A stretch of DNA of 64,000 bases from Octopus sinensis (GCF_006345805.1 NC_043011.1:11594001-11658000); one strand, 5' to 3'. Shown: positions 49,481 to 62,195, numbered from the stretch's first letter. Notes: generated from the sequence alone by a model not told the origin. A program made the numbers and translations.

Positions 49481-49531
49481 AGCTTCCTGAAGATTTCTCT
49501 TGAATGAAACAGTTCTAGTCCTGTAGAAGCT
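49481..49531 (+). ncRNA. Type-I hammerhead ribozyme on the CNNM pre-mRNA strand
   Basis: agcttc-CTGAAGA-t ttc tctt gaa t-GAAA-cag ttctagtc ctg-TA-gaagct: 6-bp stem I, intact core, 4-bp stem III, predicted cut after GUA at 49525. Confidence 0.8.
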
Positions 49532-49631
49532 CCTTCTATATAATAAATTAATATAAATATATATATATATACATATATATATATAATATATATAATATAT
49601 ATAATATATAATATATATATATATACATACA

Positions 49632-49752
49632 TACGACGGGCTTCTTTCAGTTTCCGTCTACCAAATCCACTCACAAGGCTTTGGTCGGCCCGAGGCTATA
49701 GTAGAAGACACTTGCCCAAGGTGCCACGCAGTGGGACTGAACCCGGAACCAT
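49632..49752 (-). mobile_element. SINE C 5'/central part
   Basis: gacgggcttctttcagtttccgtctaccaaatccactcacaaggc...cttgcccaaggtgcc...gggactgaaccc. Confidence 0.8.
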
Positions 49753-50423
49753 AAATTTAGTATGTTGTATTTCTGTGGCAAGAATAAATCCCCATTTCAA
49801 ACAATGACTCCTTTAATCATTTTAAATCTCTCTTTGTTTTTTTCATTGTTTCTATAGAGTTGGCTTTACCAGACTTGGCTCATGTCTCTTATTATTAGTC
49901 TCTTGATTTTGAAGATTGTGGTGAAAGCCATGTTGTTGCACTTTAAATTAGCAAAACTCTTGCCTGTGGCTGTTGCTTGCCTAACAACTGTTTCCATGTC
50001 TTAGATTAGAACCACCTGACTGCACAATTGCAGACTATGAGCTATTTCGGTGCACCTATTTGAGACATTGCTGATTTGACAATTCTCTCATTTTAATCTC
50101 TCTCTCTCTCATCTTTCTCTCTCTCTCCTCTCCCTCTCTCTCTGAGCACATTTCTCTGTATACGAGAGAGAAAAAGTGTTTACACCAATTGTGTTCAATT
50201 TATAAATTGTAATCTCTCCCTCCCCTTCTCCTCTCTCCTCTTCCCCCTCCCCCCCCCCCGTATGTGCATGCCTATGTATGTTTGTGTTTGCCTCCACTGC
50301 CAAAAACACTGCTGCCAAAACAAATTCTATATCCAGTTAGGCATACCAAACTACTGGTAGCCAAATAGCTATGCCTAATTGTCTTATTCCAGCAATTGCA
50401 GTATGTACCAGTAATGTTCTTTT

Positions 50424-50840
50424 GGATCTTTTCGGTTTGACCAGCAGTTTTTTCTAGTGGTGTCATATGAAATTGTCACCCATAATTATGACCCTAGTAT
50501 TGATCTATTGCATTTCAATCTCTTTTAGGGTTAGGGTTAGGGGTGGGGGAATGGTATCTTTTTTTCTTCACAAATGTAAATAAACCCAATCTGTTTCTTA
50601 AACGAGGGACATATTCATACGGCAGAGAATGCTTTTTACCTGAATAGACATCACTGATTGGTTGAAATTGCAGAAATTGAAGAAAAAAAACAACAAATAT
50701 CTTACAAACTAAAGAATTTTCTCAATAAAGCCAAGAGAAAAAAGATGTTTTATAAACACATTCTACCAGTATACAAAGTTTAAATTTTTTTAGTTACCTA
50801 GAAATTATGTTAAAAACTGCCGTTCAAACCAAAAAGATCC
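50424..50840. mobile_element. TTAGGG-containing MITE (Merlin-like)
   Basis: TIRs as above; 8-bp TSD gttctttt at 50416-50423 and 50841-50848. Confidence 0.9.
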
Positions 50841-51347
50841 GTTCTTTTTTCTCTCTCCCATTCTATTAACTCTGGTGCATTCAGGTTCAGTAATATCTTC
50901 CACATTCATATTTCCATACACTTGTGACTGACTTGCAGTAACTTTGCCCCTTAAGTGCTATGACCACTGCTATGCTGATGATATTATGTTTAAGTCATAC
51001 TCAGTCTTTTATACACACTTAAGGGGCATATTACTGCAACAACAGAACATTATAAAATGCACACACTGGAACTCGGAGTTAAGCTGTCACTGCAGTATGA
51101 AAGACATTGTTATAAGAAGGTAGTATTTGTATGCATATACAAACTCCCCAAAAGCCAGATTGGTCCATTGGAAGCCTGTAACCAGATGCTGTTTTTTGAG
51201 TAAAGTGATATCACATAAAATGAAATAATAGCTTGTCTTTTCAAACTGGTTGCATGTTTGGCATAGCAGATTGGTAGATTAATCATACCTACAATTATAA
51301 CATATAATTGGAGATACTGAGGGGGTGATGCATAGAATGTTGGGGAT

Positions 51348-51847
51348 ATCATCATCATCATCATCATCGTTTAGCGTCCGCTTTCCATGCTGGCATGGGT
51401 TGGACGGTGCAACTGGGGTCTGGGAAGCCAGAAGGCTGCACCAGGCCCAGTCTGATCTGGCAATGTTTCTACGGCTGGATGCCCTTCCTACCGCCAACCA
51501 CTCCATGAGTGTAGTGAGTGCTTTTTACGTGCCAGACGAGGCTGGCAAACGGCCACGGTCGGATGGTGCTTTTTACATGCCACCAGCACGGAGGCCAGGC
51601 GAGGCTGGCAACAGCCATGATCGGATGGTGCTTTTTACGTGCCACCGGCATGGAAGCCAGTCGGGGTGGCGCTGGCAACGGCCACGTTCGGATGGTTCTC
51701 TTATGTGCCACTGGCACTGGTATCACAGCTACAATTTCCATTCATGTTGATCGATTTTGATTTTTGATTTTTGATTTTCACTTGCCTCAACAGGTCTTCA
51801 CAAGTAGAGTTTTGTGTCCCAAGAAGGAAAGGTATGCATAAGTGGAC
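51348..51847 (-). mobile_element. RTE family A 3' UTR ending ~75 bp upstream of CNNM exon 2
   Basis: (CAT)n, consensus, tandem units, cttgcctcaacaggtcttc. Confidence 0.85.
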
Positions 51848-51907
51848 AGCTAAATTGGTGGAAGAAGATGATGATTGTGATGAACGTGATCATAACTTTC
51901 TGTTTGA

Positions 51908-52075
<168 letters not shown>

Positions 52076-52390
52076 TAAGTTAAAAAATTTTTTTTTTTTT
52101 TAATCATTTTAATCTTTCTGTTGCAAATATTTTTGCGAGGCTCCTTTCACAATTTTTAGTTACTCAGATCTTTCTCCTATATTGATATGGAAGTATGAAA
52201 TCAAACAGTTGGCAGTGAATCACAAATCCAGTTTATTGGATATGTCATGCTAAAATAACCACAATGTTGGGTGCATTGTGGGTATGTTATGTAATATTGG
52301 ATATAAACCATCAGAGTATAGAATAGTCTGAGTTGTAGGCACAAAAGGCTACCCAGTTTACTACCATCTCTGATTCTGGATTGTCTTTAA

Positions 52391-52611
52391 CCCTTTCGTT
52401 ACTGTATTTATTTTGATATGCTCTGTGTTTCTTTCAATTATTTTAAATATAACAAAGAATTTAGTAAAATAACTTAGTTATCATTAAGCTAGTATTAGGA
52501 ATATAAATTGCGACTAAGGTTTGGTGGTATATTTTGATGCAAAACTTATGAAAACAAGACATTTGTACTACAGAGCCAGAGCCGGTTTCAGCTGGGTTGG
52601 TAACGAAAGGG
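52391..52611. mobile_element. piggyBac-like MITE (TTAA TSD, CCC...GGG)
   Basis: ttaa|ccctttcgttac...gtaacgaaaggg|ttaa. Confidence 0.85.
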
Positions 52612-52936
52612 TTAACTGAGTTGACTTGGTTGCAAGCATTTGGACCAGGTTTCTGCCAGAGATGTATCTCCATCTCTTTGTACACTAACTCTCACTACTC
52701 TTTATTTTGCATAATGCCACTTTTTGTCAAACAATATCAATAGTAAAGCTTTCCTAGCAGAGACCAAATAATACAAGATCTGGTCTTAAGGGCAAACACC
52801 TCGGGAGTCTGCCCTATCAGCTGGTACATTTCCTCTTCATTTCAGTCTGTTAATGTTATTAAGTAAGTACAAGATTTAGTGATGTGTACCCAAATCTGAC
52901 TGAGCTACTTACAGGGATTAAAGTAGAGGTAGTTAA

Positions 52937-53157
52937 CCCTTTCGTTACTGTATTTATTTTGAGATGCTCTGTGTTTCTCTCAATTATTTTAGATATGACA
53001 AAGAATTTTGTAAAATAACTTAGTTATCATTAAGCTAGTGATAGGGACATAAATTGTGAATAAGGTTTCGAGGAAGATTTTAATTCAAAACTTATGAAAA
53101 CAAGACATTTATATTACAGAACCAGAGCCGGTTTTAGCCGGGTTAGTAACAAAAGGG
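52937..53157. mobile_element. piggyBac-like MITE, second copy
   Basis: Same TIRs and TTAA flanks. Confidence 0.85.
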
Positions 53158-54744
53158 TTAATCTCCTCCTCTTTCAACCACAACAGACCAGATCAAATAC
53201 ACAAGACGTGTCAATTTCAAGGAACCAAATGTTTTCTCAATTTGCTGGACAATTTCCCTTCCTTTACGTGATTATTTGTGAACTCTGATCCATCTTAGAT
53301 CCACGCATTTTTTCATTTAGCCAGAGAATGAACTTTTTGCAGGTCCTCTGCGATAGATGCTTGGTGAAGAATTTATTCTTAGAGCAAATACCTACCCTGA
53401 ATATTTGCAACAAAATGTATTTCAGTAAAGCTGCTAGGGTCAGGCAGTGGTGTTAAACTGGATGACAGATTTGGTGTACCATGCATTGCCAGGAAGAGCC
53501 CCTTGAATATGTTTCCTCACAATTTCTGTCTTGCAGATTTCATTCACAAGACTTTATTCAACCTAAGTTGATGGTAGACAATACTTGCCTAAAATGCCAC
53601 ACAGTGAGATATAGCTCAAAACCACCTGATTGTGAAGCAACTGTCTTAACCCCATAGCCATGCCTGCATTCACTAATAACATACACCACTCATCCTGTTC
53701 ACCTCTGTCATGATATTTGGAAACATGTTGGAGTGCATTCCATTCTCAAGAAGAGCAACCTCTGTGAACATCCCCAAGATGCTAGAGACAGCATTGACAG
53801 TTACCTGCTGCGTCACCTTCAGTCACTGTACCTCTGTATTGTAGCTTGTCATCAGCAAAGCATTTGACCATGTCAAGCATGCATATTTCCTAACTAAACT
53901 GCTCATCTGATGAACGCCAGTCACCTCTCATCTTTTGCACTGGAAGCTTATCAGAGCATACTGTTGCAAAGTGCAATGATAGAGTCTTCTCTGACTCACA
54001 AACTACCATCATTCAGTTATGGCGCACATTAATGTCCTATTTACTGTCACCTCTTACAATGCCCACTTTTATGCAGAGGATACTGCTCTTCATTACTCTC
54101 TAACAGTTAACACTTAGATGTCATTTTTATGTGACCCAAACACCTCATATCGATCATGTACTGCTTTCATGAACAGACACCTCAGAATTGTTCTCCTGTG
54201 AGTTTGTTAATATTGTCTCCTTCAACAGCATAAAGACAAATTACAATACATATCAAGGAAGCAATCTTGTTCCCTATTCCTTTAGAGATGAAGAGCACCT
54301 CACTAGAACCCTGGAGAGTTGTTATATATGCTAGGCCTCATGATCTATGGTTATTTTTCTGGCAATCTTACATTCACAACTTTGACTTCCCTCTTTGGGC
54401 CCAGAAAATACTTTAACTCCCACTTCTGGGACTCTGCTTGTTCTACTTCCTGTGCTTCTGTGAGGAAAACACAGTTTACACTTCAAAATGCACAATTTTC
54501 TGAATTGATCACTTCTTTATCTTAAGAAGGACTGTCACTTCCTATTGGATAATAATTCAAGTGGAACAAGAAAAATGCTAGAATGAAGGTTTGTATATCA
54601 GTTGCTTAGTGGTTTGGTTTATTAAAGCTAACATCTAATTGAACAACATGTGAAGTTCAATGATTAAGATAAAAGAGACAGAAATAGAAAATTTACACAA
54701 AAAATAGATAAGTTTTTTTTTTCATTTTAGATTTTGATGGTGTT

Positions 54745-55128
54745 TACTCTCTTTACTCTTTTACTTGTTTCAGTCATTTGACTGCGGCCATGCTGAAGCA
54801 CCGCCTTTAGTCGAGCAAATCGACCCCAGGACTTATTCTTTGTAAGCCCAGTACTTATTCTATCGGTCTCTTTTGCTGAACCGCTAAGTGACGGGGATGT
54901 AAACACACCAGCATCGGTTGTCAAACACAAACACACACCCATACATATATATATATATATATACATATATATGACAGGCTTCTTTCAGTTTCCGTCTACC
55001 AAATCCACTCACAAGGCATAGGTTGGCCTGGGGCTATAGCAGAAGACACTTGCCCAAGATGCCACGCAGTGAGACTGAACCCAGAACCATGTGGTTGGTA
55101 AGCAAGCTACTTACCACACAGCCACTCT
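54745..55128 (-). mobile_element. Full-length tRNA/CORE-type SINE family C
   Basis: Minus strand: tRNA head gagtggctgtgtggtaag..ggttcagtctc, central ggcatcttgggcaagtgtcttc, (TA)/(TG) insert, tail ggcggtgcttcagcatggccgcagtcaaatgactgaaac-(AAGAGTA)n. Confidence 0.85.
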
Positions 55129-56465
55129 TGTGCCTATTTACTATTTATTTTTTTCTTATGGATATACTACAAGCATGCAATTAACAATGTTCCTCATTAC
55201 TAAATTCATTTAATGTGATAAAACATTTAATCAACTCAACTTTTTCAGTTACCTCTAACAATAATATCAATATTTGTACCAGTCACAGAATTTTACGAAG
55301 TTGCTTGGCTTCTTTAGTAATAATAACCCAGTTATCCTTAATAAAAATAAACTTATTTTTAAAATGAGAACCACTTTAAGTTGAATTTTAAAACAATATG
55401 CTTGTATTAAAGGCGGAGCAGTAAGATGTTGAAATTTTTTATGAGAGAAAGAGCTGTGTCTGCGATTTTTCTAGTTCCTCCAAGACTAATTGACTTGCTG
55501 TAGTCACTGTTGAGCCAGTGTCTGTAAGAAAAATATTTACAGAAAGGAAATTCCAGAGGATTATAGTGCAAGGTTCTGGAGAGAGATAATCTTGTTTGTG
55601 CTATGTAAAGGGTTTAACAGACTTTGGTTCTGTGAAGTATGTAAAAGTACATACTTAGGAGGATATTCTCAGTTAACAAACTGTGTTTGTTGCTAGAACT
55701 GGTCAGCTTAGAACTAGTAGAACCTCAACAAGTTTGCTCACTTACAACACCAGGGTGTTCGAGAGGTGGCAGAGTTATGCAGTAGGGCTATATTATGCTT
55801 TGGTTAGGATCATCTACTGGGCATAAAGATAGCAGTACCTGGGCCAAGCTGGATTTGAAGTTGGGAAAGATCAAGGTTATTTGGTGTGTCAGGGATATGA
55901 TAAGATAATGCTACTATCTGAGCAGGACACCTACAAAGCTATTGAGCAGCTTGTGTTCAGCTATATCATAGACCATGTATTCTGTTATCATGGTATTGCA
56001 GGGTAGCCCAAATTTGTTGCACTGAGTTTCTACTTTGGACAAGAGGCCTGAGCAGATATAATTTTGTCTATTAGCAAAACAATACAATTGGTAAAGCCCA
56101 GATCAATTAGTGTTGCTGAACTTACTCTCCTGGAATTCCTTGGCGTAGTTCAGAATGGTACTCACTGGAATTACAACACTGGAATTATCAACAATATTTA
56201 AATTTGCACCGATGAGAGAGAGAGAGGTTCTATGTGAGGTTACAATCAAATCTTCCTCTGTTTATAATCCTAAGAAGTGAAGGCACATTGAATAATGTGC
56301 CCAAGATATGTACTACTGAGAGAAGAATGGGATAGATATAATGTCTGCTCAGTGTTAAGCTGGAGATAAACAACAACTACAACAAAGCCACATTTAAAAT
56401 GAATGCAAACCACAATCATTTACAGTTTTATTTTCTTCTTATTTCCTGATATTTTCTGATGACAG

Positions 56466-56597
56466 TTGACAACAGAATGAAGAAACCTCGTCATCTTGAT
56501 CGCAAGGACCTCAGTATATTTAATCAGCCAGATGAAGCAAATCAACCCCATGTTTCTCCACAGCTTACCTTGGCTTGCTTCCAGTTCTTGTTTTCAA
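56466..56597 (+). CDS. CNNM: CNNM exon 3 (CBS-CNBH linker), 132 nt, phase 1-1
   Basis: gacag|TT...CAA|gtaagt; (L)DNRMKKPRHLDRKDLSIFNQPDEANQPHVSPQLTLACFQFLFS matches the CNNM DNR...SPQL.LA..FL motif, in frame with exon 2. Confidence 0.93.
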
Positions 56598-56719
56598 GTA
56601 AGTGTCCTTTATCCAGAAGTTTTATTTTACAAAAATAATGTCCATAATCTACTTTCTTGCACTTTTGCTAAACAAATATAAGTATTATTTTTATACATTA
56701 TATTTGTATAATGTATGCT

Positions 56720-57730
56720 GTACTTGGCATTTGTTGACTTGGAGAAAGTAGTTCTCATCTGGTAGTCACTACAAAAATAGACGAATGGCTGGTGAGAGTT
56801 GTTCCAGCTATGTACAGGGATGCTGTGAGAGTTAACAATGAGTACAGCTGTGAATTTAATGTGCAGGTAGGTGTTCATCAAGGTTTGGTTATCAGTCCCC
56901 TTTTATTTACCATAGAACTACAGGATATTGGTAACAAAGGCCCTCTCTTTCAGAATGAAAGGCAGATTGTGTGATGCCTGTATATGAACATCATCATCAT
57001 CATCGTTTAACGTCCGCTTTCCATGCTAGCATGGGTTGGACGATTTTGACTGAGGGCTGGCGAACCAGGTGGCTGCACCAGGCTCCAATCTTGATTTGGC
57101 AGAGTTTCTACAGCTGGATGCCCTTCCTAACGCCAACCACTCCGAGAGTGTAGTGGGTGCTTTTTATGTGCCACCGGCACGGGGGCCAGTCAGGCAGTAC
57201 TGGCAATGACCTCGCTCAAATCCTTTTACACATGCCACCAGCACAGGTGCCAGTAAAGCGACTTTGATAACGATCATGCTTGAATGGTGCCCTTTTACGT
57301 GTCTCTGGCATGGAAACCAGTTAGCTGCTCTGGCAATGATCATGCTCGGATGGTGCTCTTGATATGGCTGTGAATGCAGAGCACATGCGAAGACTTGAAA
57401 GAAATGAAACAAGTATGCTTTGATTGATGTGCAATGTCAGCATGCATGTATGACAAAATACAAATGTGCTTAGGGAAAAATTAGGCATAAGAGACATCAG
57501 ATGCAGTGTACAGAAGAGAGGATTACATTGGTATGTCATGTGATATGGATGGATGAGGACAGCTGTATAAAGAAAATTGCTAAGTGTGGAAGGAATCTGT
57601 GGAAGAGGTGAATCTAGGAAGCCTTGAGATAAAGTAGTAAAGACTGACCTCAAGATGTTAAGCCTCTCAGAAGAGATGCCAGGGGACTGAGATGAATGGC
57701 CCTACACTCTGCTGAGAACACCCATCCATC
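56720..57730. mobile_element. Old RTE ORF2 fragments (+) with a younger family A UTR (-) inserted at 56989-57360
   Basis: YLAFVDLEK, VQVGVHQGLVISPLLF and TSML*LMCNVS fragments; (CAT)n consensus in between. Confidence 0.75.
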
Positions 57731-58753
57731 TCAGTAGAACTGAGGCTCTGTCAAGCCTTCTCCCACAACTCATCTATTTTTCTTTATTTTCTGCCTCACT
57801 GAACTGATATCTTCTATGTCCGTTTCATTCCCCATCTTTAATCATTTGTTACACTATTTTCACTCAGTACACCAACTGTTGTCTCTTATATTCACATTGT
57901 ACCTGGACTTCACATCTCTTTCTTTCTCTCTCTCACTTTCAGAAGGGCAGGCCATCTAGTTACCTCTTCAGCAAGACATTTGCTTCTCTCCCTTCATCAT
58001 AATTTCTTATTTCTCCAGCCTATACCCAACTCAGTTGAGGAGTCCTATCATGCTGGTGCCATGTAAAAAGCACTCAGTACACTCTGTTAAGTGGTTGGCA
58101 CAAGGAAAGGCATCCAGTTGTAGAAACTATGTCAAGCAGAAATAGAAACTGCTCATCTGTTCTTGTCAAACCATCCAACCCACGTCTGGAGTTGAAGTTA
58201 TGATATCAGATATCTCATGGCCAAAATGATGCAAAATTAGACAGATAGGGAAATGTTATATTGCAGAGCTATCCAGATGTTGTCAGCATTTGTGAAAATG
58301 TAGATAAGATGATGAAGTGCTTGTCAACTATTGTTATATGGTAGAAGGTGGTGAGCTGGAAAAATCATTAGCATGCTAGGCAGAATGCTTAGCAGCATTT
58401 TGACTTTGCCTTTCATCCTTTCGAGGTTGATAAAATAAGTACCAGGTGAATACAGGGGTTGATGTAATCAACTTTACCCTGTCCCTGAAATTGCTGGTCT
58501 TGTGCCAAAGTATGAAAGCTGTGTTGACAATGGTAGAGTATTTGTCAAAATTCCTTTATAGTTACCTTATATAATAATGAAATTATTGTATACAGTGCTC
58601 AGGTGCACCTTCTGAGTTCAAACTCCACCAAAATTTAGTTTGCCTTTTATCCTTTCAGTCCTATCAAGTAATGAAGGTGAATTTAATTACTCTACCGTTC
58701 CCATAAATTTGTTACCTTTCCTATGTTAGAATTCATTAGTATCTACATATTAA

Positions 58754-58974
58754 CCCTTTCGTTACTGTATTTATTTTGAGATGCTTTGTGTTTCTTTCGA
58801 TTACTTTAAATATAGTAGAAAATTTCATAAAATAACTTAGTTATCATTTCGGCTAGTGTTGGGAACATAAATTGTAACTAAGGTTTAGTGGAAGATTTTA
58901 ATTCAAAACTTATGAAAACGAGACATTTGTACTCAGAGCCAGAGCCGGTTTCAGCCGGGTTGATATTGAAAGGG
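58754..58974. mobile_element. piggyBac-like MITE, third copy
   Basis: ttaa|ccctttc...gaaaggg|ttaa. Confidence 0.85.
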
Positions 58975-59903
58975 TTAATATACTAAGGCTGAAATGTGTT
59001 ATACTGTCACATGATTCATTGAAGAGAAAGGCAAGAGAGGAGTGTTAATAATGTGAGGTAGGGGGAATATAGTATGTGGTTAAAAAGTTAGTTGAAAGGA
59101 ATGATATAGAGAAGAGTTAGAAATACAATGTTTAGCAGAAGGGTGATGTTCTGGTGAGGTTAAGGTGATGTTCTGTTGAGGTTAAGAAAAGGAAGAGAGA
59201 GAGGGAGAGAAAGTGGCGGGGGAGAGCAGTGATATAATTGCCAGCCTATACATTAAGCTAGTAAGAAAGAGAGAAATGATACTGACATGGTTAAAAGGTT
59301 TGTTGAAGATAGAGGTAGTGAGAAAAAGAGAGAGAGAGAGAAATATAAGGTGTTTATCAGAGGGAAATTCTAATTATATATTATTGATTGACAGGAAAAT
59401 GACATTTTATTATTCAATTTTTTATATCTTCTATCTGTTTATCTTTTTATTTATCTACATTGACAAATACATTGATGGGTGGATGGGAGAAGGAAGGCTT
59501 ACATTAAGATATGATAATAAAACTTATCATAGACAGATAGATTTTTTCAATGAAAGTGAAATAGCTTAGCAAGATAGCCATGGATGTTACTTCTTAAAAA
59601 TTTGTTATTCGAACTTTGAGCAAGAAAAGTAGATATCAAACAAACAAACAAACAATTGAACTGAGCCGAAGTGAAATAATCTTGGTTGGCTTTGTTAATG
59701 AAAGTTATAATGATTATGGTGGTGGTGGTGATGGGGGTGTCAGTGGTGAGCGAATAGTGAAAAGTGTAGTTTTTTTTTTTAATTGAACTAAACATTTTAT
59801 ATCACCTATCACTTAATGCTTGTGCACAAGTGCATTTATCTATTGTCAGCTCACTTGGAAATTGGTATCTGTCTATGAAATATGGATGACAGAGTATCTA
59901 AGC

Positions 59904-60122
59904 CAGTGGTTTTCAACCAGGGTTCTGCGGAACCTTAGGGTTCCGCCAGTACAGTGCAGGGGTTCCGCAAGAAGTTACAAAACTGCTAAAATCGGCAGTA
60001 ATTTTTATGTCTCTTGTGCAGATATGTGTGCATAAGACTATTAAATTATTGCCCAGGGGTTCCTCGAGCCAGTGGAATGTTTCCTTGGGGTTCCGCTCCA
60101 GCAAAAAATTTGAAAAGCACTG
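59904..60122. mobile_element. hAT (Charlie-like) MITE
   Basis: CAGTGgttttcaa...ttgaaaagCACTG termini; 8-bp TSD atctaagc (59896-59903, 60123-60130); repeated ggggttcc subterminal motifs. Confidence 0.9.
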
Positions 60123-60371
60123 ATCTAAGCTAACAAGAAAAAGAATGAGATGATATAAGCAACAACATAAAGAGAACAAGCATGGGTGCATCAGTGTGTA
60201 GAAGGGGAAATATGAATATAGAAGAGTATAGAGTGAGTATTTACAACAGATAAGAGAACATATTCGAAATAGAATTTAAAATGAAAATGTAAAAAAACCC
60301 CAAAAAACTGTAAACATTGTTGAAGGTTACAAAATTGATTTCATGAATATTCTCAGTAAGCATTGAGAAGT

Positions 60372-60548
60372 AAAAGCACCCATTACACTCTTGGAGTGGT
60401 TGACATTAGGAAGGGCATCCAGCCGTAGAAAACCATGCCAAATCAGACTGGAGTCTGGTGCAGCCTTCCGGCTTACCAGCCCTGATCAAACTGTCCAACC
60501 CATGCCAGCATGGACAATGGACATTAAATGATGATGATGATGACGACG
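60372..60548 (+). mobile_element. RTE family A 3' end
   Basis: Consensus with (GAT)n tail. Confidence 0.8.
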
Positions 60549-60934
60549 AACGTCTGGGAAAAATCATGCTCCCTCAATTACAGCCTTATCTGGAAGAACT
60601 GAAAGTCGTTTTTAAATGAAAATAATGCAGAATACACAACTTATAAAAGAACATTAATATTTATGGCTCTATTTAAACTTACAACCATCAGAAAAATTTC
60701 ATATATACCGTAGAATTTCGTAGAATTTCTACTGCTTGTAGCATTATTATTGTTTTTGCATGCTTTTGCCACACATACCAAGTGCATCTCTCTCTGCCTT
60801 GATTAGGAGGTGTTTTGTTTTCCTAATTTGTTAAAAATACTCTTTTCAATAGGGCAATATCATTGTGTTGAGATTCAAGTGAACAATATTATCATCATAT
60901 TTTTGACAGTTTTATGTAAGTTTCTACTATACTT

Positions 60935-61430
60935 TGCAGTGATATACATCTGGAAAATCCTGGAGAGTCTTGTCCCAAACTTTGGCATTCAAAGTTACCC
61001 CAACCGCAGAACTGCATGGTGCCAAAGATTCCAGCATCACCATCAAAATACAGGACCAGATACTGCAACAGCTTGGGTTTCAGAAGACCGCAACTCTTCA
61101 ACATCCTCCCTAAATGCCCGAGAGACTTGCATGGTGTGGATGTGGGTTTCTTTAAAACTAAACTGGATCTCTTCTTGTCGGGGATCCCAGATGAACCTAC
61201 CTCTCGGCAGGAGACACAGATGCGGGCAGCGGCATCAAACTCCCTTGTCGACCAAGTGCTACGTATCAGAGGTGGATTCACATACTAGTGTGCTACGTAT
61301 CAGAGGTGGATTCACATACTAGTGTGCTACGTATCAGAGGTGGATTCACATACTAGTGTAGCTCATTCAACGGTGGTGCCCCAGCATGGCCACAGCCTTC
61401 GGGCTGAAACCTTTTTAAGGATTTAAGGAG
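60935..61430 (+). mobile_element. 3' end of a CR1/L2-group LINE
   Basis: AVIYIWKILESLVPNFGI...LFNILPK...FKTKLDLFLSGIPDEP...RAAASNSLVDQ; 3 x 34-bp tandem at 61256-61357; tail stem-loop 61393-61406 and short terminal repeat (tttaagga). Confidence 0.8.
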
Positions 61431-61756
61431 TTATACTAATAGGTGCAAATCAGTACTCCTGAAGTATATGCAGCTTTATCTTTGTTGGTGTAGGATGGTA
61501 TTAGTACATATTTTTTGGGGTTTGTTGATAGGATTTATTTTGTAGTTTCAAGTGTTACTTTTGTGTTTCATGTTTTTACTGTGTAGAGTATTGAGGTGTG
61601 CTATTCTGTTGAATGGTAATTATTTAGAGTATGTGCTACATTGATTGTGTTATTTCATTGGGTGGTGATTTTGTTGCATGCATGTTATGTGAGTTGTGTT
61701 ATTTTATTGGGTGGTGATTGTTTAGGGTAAGTCTAATGGGTGAATCATTTTCCAAA

Positions 61757-61989
61757 CCTATTTCTTTACTACCCACAAGGGGCTAAACACAGAGGGGACA
61801 AGCAAGGACAGACAAACGGATTAAGTCGATTACATCGACCCCAGTGTGTAACTGGTACTTAATTTATCGACCCCGAAAGGATGAAAGGCAAAGTCGACCT
61901 TGGCGGAATTTGAACTCACAACGTAACGGCAGCCGAAATACCGCAAAGCATTTCGCCCGACGTGCTAACGATTCTGCCAGCTTGCCGCC
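61757..61989 (-). mobile_element. Young full-length Meta-domain SINE (family B)
   Basis: Reverse-complement homolog of the 16581 element with CpGs intact. Confidence 0.85.
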
Positions 61990-62195
61990 TTCACATTCAG
62001 TTTTCAAACCTGTTGTTTAACCCCATGTCATCCCTGGTTGAGTTGGCCTACTGTTAAAGATGTTCCAGACATGATCCATAGCTTGTGGTTGTTGACAAGA
62101 AAAACAAAAACTATTCTTGAAACATGCTTATTAACACCTAAACATTCCCTCACTTGCATGATTTCGAAAACTCTGGCATTAAGTATCAGTTAAGT

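Larger units (their letters stand above)
46785..49552 (+). mobile_element. 5'-truncated Penelope-like element: inverted pLTR, ORF C-terminus, microsatellite-filled 3' region, pLTR
   Basis: 230-bp inverted repeats 46850-47079 / 49323-49552. 47092-47193 encodes KGPLLNKISEHSPNCMHKKYANYKNYRPTRQPD*, resembling the LN..SE....C.H C-terminus of PLE GIY-YIG proteins. Hammerhead in each repeat. Confidence 0.8.
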
